Positions 27,545 through 36,500 of a stretch of DNA of 64,000 nucleotides are shown here, in pieces. Position 1 is the first letter of the stretch, and each line of letters opens with the position of its first letter. The stretch is from a virus, in the IMG/VR virus record IMGVR_UViG_3300050821_010487, positions 1 to 64,000 of that record; one strand, 5' to 3'. A program made the position numbers and the translations under genes. Below the pieces are notes generated by a model that made no database searches, was not told where the DNA came from, and saw nothing but the letters and a program-made list of their open reading frames with translations.

Positions 27545-30500
27545 ATGGACCTGCTAGACCACTTCTCGCGTGATACAGGCTTTCTTGCTATCGTAGAAGC
27601 CATGGGCACGTCCTACCGGCTGTGGCGCGGCGAGGGGCCGCACGATCAGAAGCCGCTGTCGGACGAGCATGCGGGCCGGTGGTTCACCCCAGACCGGCTG
27701 ACGGCCGAGGACTACGCCTACAAGAGCGGCGGTCACCTGCTCCATCTCGACGTCACCGAAGCGGACAAGGAGCACATCACCAAGCCGGACAGCACCTGGC
27801 CTTCGGTGGTCAACGGTGACGCTTCGACCATTCACGTGAGCCCGGAGCTGGCTGCCCGCAGCGAGCACCACCCCGGGGGCTGCCCGTCCTGCGACCCGGG
27901 CCATGACGAAACCCACCGGCACCAGCGGGAGTGGCTGAAGTCCCAGGCCGCCGCCGAGCCCGCGCGCTACTTCCACATCACTTCACCGGGCAACCGGGCT
28001 GGCATCCAGCACCGCGGCCTGGTCCCAGCCGAAGACCTGCACGAGGATGAGCCCGGGGAGTCCGGGGGCGGAGACGCCAGCTCCACCTGGTTCCACGTTC
28101 TGCACAAGGCGCCTGAGCATCCCCGGCGCGACGTCTGGGAGCTGACGCACCCGCACCTGTACGACCTGGACGAGGACTCAAACTTCGAGAACGGCGCCAG
28201 CAACCCCTTCGTCCGCACTACGCGGGTGGACCCGGATCATCTGCGCCTGGTGCACGAGGGCGCCGTTTCACGTGGAACATCGCTGGAGGCTGCTGCCCGC
28301 CCCGGCCGGGGCGAGAAGGTCTGCCCCTGCTGCCAGGGTGAGGGCGAGCACGGCGACGGCTCCGAATGCGACCCGTGCGACGGCCAGGGCATCGTCCACT
28401 CCAATGAGCCGGACCGTTACTGCCCCGGCCAGCCACAGCCCCGCCGCCGCCACTGGAGGGAGGGAGCGGCCGTGGATGACGAGAAGAGCCCGGATCTCCT
28501 GGAGCACTTCCAGGTCGCGGCGATGGCATGGGAGAACCAGAGCCCCCGGGACAAGACCCAGTACACCCCCATCAGTGTCCGCCACGCCGGGTTCGCTGGC
28601 CTAGTCGGCGACAGCGAGTATGACCGGGAACTGCGGGAGGATACCGGCGAGGAGCGCGCCGAGGACGGCCATTTTGATGAGGACCTCTACGACGACACGT
28701 CGCCCGAGCCGACTCACGAGGAGAAGGCCCACTACGACGAGCACGACGAGTGGCCCGACAGTTTCTACGAGCGCCACGACCAGGCCTACGAGCAGGCGGT
28801 CAGCCAGCGCAAGAAGGCGGCCGAGGAGGAGGACACCCCCGACCACGAGGACGAGGGGCTGATGCACTTCGTCCGCGAGCACGGCGGCAACACCGATCTG
28901 TGGAAGAAGCACGGCGAGTTCGGCCCGGTGGACATCAAGCACCAGCCGGTCTACGCCACCCAGTCGCATGTCGCCAAGGAGCACATCGAGCGCTACCAGG
29001 GCGACCGCCAGGCCCCGAGCCACGCGGAGAGCCTGCACGGCGACCGGTCCCATGTGGGGTACCTCGGCGATAAGCACCCGCTGTTCGTCACTCACGAGGG
29101 CCGGGTGCACACGATCGAGGGCCACCACCGGGTTGCGACCGACATGGCGATGGGGCGGCACGAGACGCTCGGCTGGCATTTCAACCTGGACAAGCACCCG
29201 CGCCTGGCCGACCGCTGGGAGGAGGACCCGGAGGACTGGGAAGGCAAGATCGCCGAGCATCACCAGCATCTGCAGGCCCAGGGCGGCTTCGAGCATCCAC
29301 TGGCACCAGGTCACCTGGGCGAGCAGGGTTACCGGGTGCACGACGAGAACCGGGGCTTCTACGCCGAGCGCGACAACTGGTCCGGGCACCAGCCGCAGCA
29401 GACCTGGGGCACGCTGCACCTGCACCACCCGGATGGGACCGCTGTGGCTCATCTCGACTACGCCCAGGTCGGCAAGGACGAGGACCCCCATCACGAGATG
29501 CATGTCGAGGACCTGCGGTCTGGTGAGGGCGGCAAGGGCTATGCCTCGGCGCTGATGGACCACGTCTACGCCACCCACCCAGAGCCTGCCGAGGTCTCTC
29601 ACTCGCTGCGCACCGACGAGGGCGGCGGCTGGTGGGAGCACTACATCGCCAAGCGGCCCGAGATCGCCGAGCGCGAGCGGCGCCAGGAAGAAGGCGGCGA
29701 AGGGCATGAGGTGGTCGCCCACTTCGAGGAAGAAGCAGCTCCAGCAGCCGGGCCGCGCCCCGCTGCCCTACCTTCCGAGGACTGGGAGGAGCATCTCCGG
29801 AAGCTGCGCTACCGCAAGCGCAACGAGCCCCTGATGCACCGGGGCATGGCGATCGAGCTGCCGCCCGAGGTGCACGACTTCGTTCATGACCAGTGCCAGA
29901 CCCGGGACAGGCAGGCTCAGGCGATCCTCGACCACCTGAAGAGCCAGCCTCTCGGCATGCACTGGTCCACTGACGAGCGAGTTCCCCGGTTCTTCGCGGG
30001 CAAGGAGCGAAAGAACAACCTGCCGGGGTCCACGAAGGTCATCCTGCACGCGAAGCTGCCCGGGGCCAGCGACATCGAGACCGACCCGCAGAAGCTGCAG
30101 GAGGAGGCGGTCTTCCGGCACGACAACTGGATGGGCGGCGAGCACGAGATCCCGATGAAGGCCGGCGCCCCCGTCCACGTCACGGGGGTGACCTGGTACG
30201 GCTACGGCAACCGCAAGCGCACCGGTCATGTCTGGGGCGAGCAGCATCTCGCTGTCCGGGGCGGGGAACCGGAGCCCGAGATTGAGGTGGTTGCCCACTT
30301 CGAGGCCGAGGCGGCTCATCAAGGCCCCCTCACCATGGAATACGCCCACAACACCGAAAAGGCTCCCGACATGGGCGAGATTTTCGGCCAGCACGTTGAG
30401 CCGCACGGCCGGTACATGGTGCAGCGGGAGCCGGGCGACTCCTACGGCCAGGACCCGAGGTGGGTGACCGGAACAGTCACCTTTCACAACCCGCTGCACG

Positions 30501-33500
30501 TTCCTTACGGCGGCCTGGCCAGCGAGCCCACCAACTGGAAGCACCAGCTCAGTGAGCAGTTCGGAGGCAAGCGCGGCAAGGCCTTGTCCCGGGCGGTTAC
30601 CAAGGCCGGTCACGATGCGATCGTCACGCATGACGAGGACGGATCGACCCGCGAGATCGTTGACCTGACGGGCTTCCACCGGCAGGGGACGGCCGAGCCG
30701 GACCCTGAGCCCGTGGCGGTGGTCGCCCATTTCGAGGAAGGGGGACATCGCCCCGTCGGCTTTCCGATCTACCGGGGGCTTATTGTCGGCCCCGAGCACC
30801 GGGACAACCCACTAGCTGGTGTCCGCACGAACGGGATAGGCGAACACTGGACCGATGATGAAGAGGAGGCCCGCAACTGGGCTACGCCTGGTCACGACAT
30901 CGGCAACCCGTTGCACGAACACGGCATCGGTGTGGTGCTGCACGCTGATCATCCCGGCGAAGAGCATGAGATGCCTGACTGGAGGAAAGCTGCCACGGGG
31001 GTGTATGACGAGGCCGAGGATGATGATGACGGCTGGGGAACCGAGCGCGAGATAGCCCTGGACGATGGTGCTCCGATCCATGTTCACCACGTGTCTTACG
31101 GTCCTGATTTCGAGACCGAACACCCGGTACACCTGCACGCCGAGGCTGCTGCTGGCGGTAATCCGGCGCGGCTTTGCGCCCACTTCGAGGCCACCGCCAC
31201 CGAGCACACCGGGATGACTCACGACGAGCTGGACCAGCACCTGGAGACCTGGTTCCGCCCGCAGCGCCTGGATGCCGAACGGACTACGCATCCCCGCAGC
31301 GGCTACCAGGTCGAGACGGGCACTCAGCTCCGGCTGCACCAGCCGTCCCGCGACGACGAGGGCCCCGGCGAGGACGGCGTCGAAGGCCCGGTTCACTTCG
31401 AGGTCTGGGACCACGGCGACCCGCACACCCAGACCGGGCTGCAGGGGCTGCAGTACCCGAAGAAGACCGGTGAGACCCGGCCGGTCGAGCACGTCTACCG
31501 GGGGGTGTCCGCAGACGAGTGGCGGCAGGCCCAGCAGCGCGGCCACGTCCAGTCCGACGGCCGGGGCACGATCGGCTCCTGGGAGGGCACCAACGCCGAC
31601 GTGGACCCGAAAGCGGCGGTGTCCTACCTGCCCCGCAACGCCACCGGCCACATCCTCAAGATCCGGGTGCACCCAGACGACGGCTGGTTCACCCACAGCG
31701 CAGACAGCTATGTCCGCACCCGCCACCCGGTCCCGCTGGACCGGGTGGAGGCGGTCTCCCCGGAGATCACCAAGGGCGGCAAGTACGGCGGCGAGATCAC
31801 CGTCGGCAAGACCGCTTCGCTGCAGGCGACGGCCGCGCTGGAGAACCCCTACACCGGTCATGGTGTCTGGTACCACGGCACCCAGGCCGACCCGGAGGAC
31901 ATCAGGCAGCACGGCCTGTCGAACGCGGGCGAGCATGCCACCGGCCGGTACCAGGTCCCGGAGAGCGAGTCCGACGATTCCGGCCACTGGAACGCGATGG
32001 TTGGCAGTCACTTCACCGCCGACCATGCCATCGCGGGGGAGTTCGCCAAAGGTGAGCACGAAGGCAGCGACAACGAGGGCTACTGGGGCGAGGACGAGCC
32101 TGAGCACCACGGGATCATCCACGCCTACGTGCACCTGAAGAACCCGAAGGTCTATTCCTCCGAGCACGACATGGACCACGAGGCCTACGAGCACGAGTTC
32201 GCCGCGGGCAATCACCCCTCGAACCATCATCCAGGCCTCGGCCGGGAAGGTGACGCCGACGAGCTGGCCGACGCCGAGGAGATGTGGCCGCACGCGCACC
32301 GGATCGCCCGGGATTACGGGCACAGCGAGATCCCCCGGAGCGTCTACGGCCATCACATGTCACCGTTCGAGCAGCACCCGATGCGGACCGCCTGGCTGAA
32401 CACACACCCGGACAAGGTGGGGATCGCCGACCGGTTCAAGCAGCGGCTGATGGACGCCGGCCACGACGGCATCGTCTACGGCAACGAGTACGAGCGCAGC
32501 AACCGCGGTGCCGCCGCCAATTCCTCAGTCGTCGCCTTCCATCCGCATCAGGTCGAGATCACTCAGCACCACCACGTCGATGAGCCCCACGACCCGGACC
32601 CTGAGCCCAGCGGGCACCTGGCGGCCCTGGCCTCGCTGCCGGACGCCCCGGAGCAGAAGCCCGCGGTGGTGCAGCACTTCGGGGTGCAGGACGATCACGA
32701 GGAGTGGGAGCGCCGGGTGACGCCGCCGTACACCGGCCAGCCGCTGTTCCACGGCACCCGCTCGATCCTGGAGCCTGATGAGGAGCTGACCCACGAGCAG
32801 GCGGCGGAGCACGCGAACAACACCGACATCCATGCCGAGCCTTACGTGCACGCGACCAGCAGCGGCGCCGAGGCGCACGACTGGGGCAAGCGTGCCGATT
32901 CCTCTCAGGCCGCCTGGCGGATGGAGGAGCTGGGCCGCGCCCGCGATCTGCGGCCGGGCGAGAACGAGGATCAGGCCTATCCCTCGCGGGTCTACCAGGT
33001 GCATCCTCTCGGCGATGTCGAGCCCGACCCGCACAAGGAAGGCGCTTCCTACCGCTCGGCCAGCCCAATGCGGGTGATCAAGGAGGTGCGCCCGTTGTCC
33101 TGCTACGCCGAGGAGTGCGACAACGCCGAGCACTGGCCGGATCACCCGCACTACGAGCACCTGGCCCGGGACGAGGATGACGAGGACATGAATCACTACG
33201 CGGCGGCCCAGCCGGGTCAGTACATCGCTCAGCCTCCCCGCACCGCGGCCGTGGTCGCCCACTTCGACGCCGGGGCCCTGAGCGCCTCTGAGAGCCCCGG
33301 GTTCGCCCGGGGGGTCCTGGAGGGCATGCCGGCTCTCCACCACGCCGTGGCGGGCAGCCTGGAGGCCCTGGCGGGGAGTTTTGCGGAGTCCCCGGTGCAC
33401 CCGCACCTGGTGGACCAGCTCATCGACATGGCGAGCGCGGCCCGCTCCGCGGAGAGCCACGCCAGGGACCTGGTGGCCCAGTTGCCGGCCGCAGAAGGTG

Positions 33501-33526
33501 TGTGCGAGCCAGCCCCAAAAGCGTGA
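27545..33526 (+). CDS. Polyvalent protein 1 (1993 aa): about 8 ART-like domains including one Arr-like, DnaJ-type Zn finger, ParB-like, GNAT, C-terminal helical domain
   Basis: RBS AGGAGGG. Repeated YHGT/HRG...HW[S/T]...ExE and NP...GHDGIV...VAF.P.Q ART signatures; CxxCxGxG twice; EGHHR; GKGYASALM. Confidence 0.85.
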   Translation: MDLLDHFSRDTGFLAIVEAMGTSYRLWRGEGPHDQKPLSDEHAGRWFTPDRLTAEDYAYKSGGHLLHLDVTEADKEHITKPDSTWPSVVNGDASTIHVSPELAARSEHHPGGCPSCDPGHDETHRHQREWLKSQAAAEPARYFHITSPGNRAGIQHRGLVPAEDLHEDEPGESGGGDASSTWFHVLHKAPEHPRRDVWELTHPHLYDLDEDSNFENGASNPFVRTTRVDPDHLRLVHEGAVSRGTSLEAAARPGRGEKVCPCCQGEGEHGDGSECDPCDGQGIVHSNEPDRYCPGQPQPRRRHWREGAAVDDEKSPDLLEHFQVAAMAWENQSPRDKTQYTPISVRHAGFAGLVGDSEYDRELREDTGEERAEDGHFDEDLYDDTSPEPTHEEKAHYDEHDEWPDSFYERHDQAYEQAVSQRKKAAEEEDTPDHEDEGLMHFVREHGGNTDLWKKHGEFGPVDIKHQPVYATQSHVAKEHIERYQGDRQAPSHAESLHGDRSHVGYLGDKHPLFVTHEGRVHTIEGHHRVATDMAMGRHETLGWHFNLDKHPRLADRWEEDPEDWEGKIAEHHQHLQAQGGFEHPLAPGHLGEQGYRVHDENRGFYAERDNWSGHQPQQTWGTLHLHHPDGTAVAHLDYAQVGKDEDPHHEMHVEDLRSGEGGKGYASALMDHVYATHPEPAEVSHSLRTDEGGGWWEHYIAKRPEIAERERRQEEGGEGHEVVAHFEEEAAPAAGPRPAALPSEDWEEHLRKLRYRKRNEPLMHRGMAIELPPEVHDFVHDQCQTRDRQAQAILDHLKSQPLGMHWSTDERVPRFFAGKERKNNLPGSTKVILHAKLPGASDIETDPQKLQEEAVFRHDNWMGGEHEIPMKAGAPVHVTGVTWYGYGNRKRTGHVWGEQHLAVRGGEPEPEIEVVAHFEAEAAHQGPLTMEYAHNTEKAPDMGEIFGQHVEPHGRYMVQREPGDSYGQDPRWVTGTVTFHNPLHVPYGGLASEPTNWKHQLSEQFGGKRGKALSRAVTKAGHDAIVTHDEDGSTREIVDLTGFHRQGTAEPDPEPVAVVAHFEEGGHRPVGFPIYRGLIVGPEHRDNPLAGVRTNGIGEHWTDDEEEARNWATPGHDIGNPLHEHGIGVVLHADHPGEEHEMPDWRKAATGVYDEAEDDDDGWGTEREIALDDGAPIHVHHVSYGPDFETEHPVHLHAEAAAGGNPARLCAHFEATATEHTGMTHDELDQHLETWFRPQRLDAERTTHPRSGYQVETGTQLRLHQPSRDDEGPGEDGVEGPVHFEVWDHGDPHTQTGLQGLQYPKKTGETRPVEHVYRGVSADEWRQAQQRGHVQSDGRGTIGSWEGTNADVDPKAAVSYLPRNATGHILKIRVHPDDGWFTHSADSYVRTRHPVPLDRVEAVSPEITKGGKYGGEITVGKTASLQATAALENPYTGHGVWYHGTQADPEDIRQHGLSNAGEHATGRYQVPESESDDSGHWNAMVGSHFTADHAIAGEFAKGEHEGSDNEGYWGEDEPEHHGIIHAYVHLKNPKVYSSEHDMDHEAYEHEFAAGNHPSNHHPGLGREGDADELADAEEMWPHAHRIARDYGHSEIPRSVYGHHMSPFEQHPMRTAWLNTHPDKVGIADRFKQRLMDAGHDGIVYGNEYERSNRGAAANSSVVAFHPHQVEITQHHHVDEPHDPDPEPSGHLAALASLPDAPEQKPAVVQHFGVQDDHEEWERRVTPPYTGQPLFHGTRSILEPDEELTHEQAAEHANNTDIHAEPYVHATSSGAEAHDWGKRADSSQAAWRMEELGRARDLRPGENEDQAYPSRVYQVHPLGDVEPDPHKEGASYRSASPMRVIKEVRPLSCYAEECDNAEHWPDHPHYEHLARDEDDEDMNHYAAAQPGQYIAQPPRTAAVVAHFDAGALSASESPGFARGVLEGMPALHHAVAGSLEALAGSFAESPVHPHLVDQLIDMASAARSAESHARDLVAQLPAAEGVCEPAPKA
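27566..27594 (+). promoter_or_regulatory. Intragenic promoter with 19-bp box before in-frame ATG 27602
   Basis: TCGCGT-N17-TATCGT; box ATACAGGCTTTCTTGCTAT at 27573-27591. Confidence 0.55.
28265..28279. promoter_or_regulatory. parS-like site
   Basis: GTTTCACGTGGAACA. The reverse complement of 28264-28279 is TGTTCCACGTGAAACG, 15/16 to the bacterial parS consensus TGTTNCACGTGAAACA. It lies in an inter-domain linker. Confidence 0.55.
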
Positions 33527-36500
33527 GCCGCCAGGCCGAGGCGGCGGTCACTGAACCTGTTTATGGCGGCTACGCGCACCAGTGGGACGACTACGAAGAT
33601 CCTGAGGACAACGAGGACGAGTACGACACCTGCTACCACTGCCAGCGCAACCACAACCCGCACGAGCACGCGGGAGATCAGACGTTCAGCCCCGACTGGC
33701 ACGAGGAGCTGCCAAAGATCCCCTCGATCCACCGGTCGGTCGGTGTCGTCCTGCCTGACGAGCTGGACAAGAAGGTCCACGACCCGGCGACCCCGCCGCA
33801 CGAGGCCGCCTCGGCGCTGATGCACCACCTGACGACCGCCTACCCCTACCAGGGCCACACCCACTGGTCGGCCCATCAGGGGCTGGAGCACGCCGAGAAG
33901 ACCTTCGGCCATGCCCACCCGGAGGGCTACCACGGCCCATCGAGCAAGATCACCCGGGTGATGATGCACGCCAAGACCCCCCGCCCGGACGACATCGAGT
34001 ACGACAACGACTCGCTGATCGAGGACGAGATCAGTCCCTACCGGCACCCTGAGTACGAGGTCCCGCTGCACCCGAATGCCCCCGTGCATCTCACGGGAGT
34101 GAGCTGGAGCCGCCCGCAGACCGGCCGCTGGAACGAGGGGGGCAGCAAGTGGCACAGTGACCCGGCGCCGGCCGTGCACCATCACATGTTCGGGAAGCCT
34201 TTCGAGCTGACTGCCGCCCTGGATAGGGCTGCGGCTCTCAAGCGTGCCACCGCCGCGATCGAGCACGAGCCCACCGGTGACGGCGCACACTGGTTCGAGC
34301 ACTTCGATTCTGAGGGCAACTCCGCTGGCCACGCCATCGTCCATGAGCGCCCCGATCACACCTGGGTCCAGTCGATGACGGTCAACCCGGGCGAGCGCGG
34401 CAAGGGCATCGGCGCCGGGCTGCTCGACCACGTCCAGAACCACTTCGGCAAGCCGCTGCGGCTCAAGCCCTACCCGATCGGGGAGCGCGAGGACGACCCG
34501 GGCGAGGAACAGCTCCGCGACTGGTACGGGCGCCGGGGCTTCACCGACTACGAGCGCCGCGAGGGCGACGACCTGGACGCGCACGACTGGATGGAGCGTC
34601 ACGCGGCCGGCGAGATCCTCCGCAACCCGCACACTCAAGGCCGTGAGTGGTACCACGGCACCAAGGCCAGCAGCGAGCAGCTAGCGGGCGGCTTCCGCAT
34701 CGCGGACAGCGACCCGGACCCCGACTGGCCGGCGCACTGGTCCACCGGGGTGGGCGTGCACTTCGCCGCGCATCACTCAATGGCCAGCAAGTTCGCCGAC
34801 CCGAACATTGGGGTCGGCGGCAAGGGCGGCGCGGCCGACCCGTGGCACAGCACCACTCCCTCGGTGGTGCATGCGCGGCTGCACATCACCAACCCGAAGG
34901 TGTATCCCAACGAAGACAGGATGGCCGACGACGTCTTCGAGCACGAGTACGACCACCGGAAGAACTACATCAGCAGGTACCTCGACGGGGGCGATAAGGA
35001 GGGCGATAAGGAGGCCCCCTACGCGGCCAGCGACTACTTCTCCTACGACCACCACCCTTCGGAACGGCCCTCCCGGGGCGAGGACGAGCACTTCGATGAC
35101 TGGGAAGACCACAGTGAATGGGGCGAGGAGCAGCCGGAGCCGGTCTACCGCCGCGAGCAGTGGCTGAACCTGCACCCGGACCAGGCGGGCATCGCCAAGC
35201 GGTACCGGGAGCGGCTCCAGTCCGAGGGCCACGACGGCATCGTCTACGGCAACAGCGCGCCGGACGAACGAGTACGCTCCTCCAAGCCTGAGTCCAACAT
35301 GGCGGCCATCGCTTTCCACCCGCACCAGATCGAGATCACCAAGCACCACGTCCACGGCGACGAGCACAAGACCGCCGCCCGCTGGGAACCTAGCTCGGGC
35401 GTGTTCGGCCCGACGACCGGCCACGACCCCCGGCTGTTCGAGAACCACGAGCTGCGCCCGGAGGTCCGCCGCGACCTGATGGAGCGCCTCGACCGGGCGC
35501 TGCGGGTGGACACCGGCCTGGTGGGCAGCGACTGGCAGGACTGGACCCGGATCTACCTGGTCGGCGGGTCAGCGTCGGAGTGGGCTGGAGCGCGGCCGAA
35601 CGACGCCGCCCAGGACCTGGACGTCGTCATCGGGGTGAACTTCTTCGAGGCACGGCGCCACCAGAGCCAGTCCGATGCCTTCCAGAACATGGACTCCGAT
35701 CAGATCGCCACCGCGTTCAACTCGGCGCTGCGGGCGGCGTTCAACGACCCGGACTGGCACCCGGGCTTCGGGGGCACCTGGCAGCTCACCGCCTACGTCA
35801 ACCCGCTGGCGTGGGACATCACCGCGATCAAGCCGTACGCGGCCTACGACGTCAGCGACATGAAGTGGGCGGTGCACCCGCCGCACCTGCCCGAGCACTC
35901 GGTGGCCGACTTCCACCCGGCGATCCTGGCGATAGCCCGCGCGGTGGCGACCGAGGTCCGCGCGGTCCTGCGGCTGCCCGAGCCCGCCCGCACCCGCGAG
36001 GCCCGCGCGCTGTGGGAGCGCATCCACTCCGACCGGAGCCGGGCGTTCTCCGGGGAGGGCGAGGGCTGGGAAGATCCTGGGAACCTGATCGAGAAGTACC
36101 TCGCTTACGCTCCCGGCAACATCCTCGGCCAGATCAAGGACCTGGTCTGGGCCCAGACGAAGACGGCCGACCTCCAGCAGCAGGTCAAGACGGCGGTGGC
36201 CACGGGCGTCTGGTACCACGGCACCCCCGACGACCGGAACTGGGAGCACGGCGCTGCCAACGGTTTGCATATCGGAACCGAGGAGGCGGCCCGCCAGGCA
36301 CTGAACGCCCGGATCGGCAAGCCTCACGAGGGCGAGTGGGACGGCACCCGGCCGTACGGCAGGACGCTGCTGAGTCCTGCCCAGACCACGGGTGTCGAGC
36401 GGAACCTGACCATGCCCCGCTATCCGAGCGGCAGGGCGACCTATTCCGACGGCAAGCAGGTCCCGGCCGACGCCCGGCCGAACATCTTCCCGGTGCGGGT

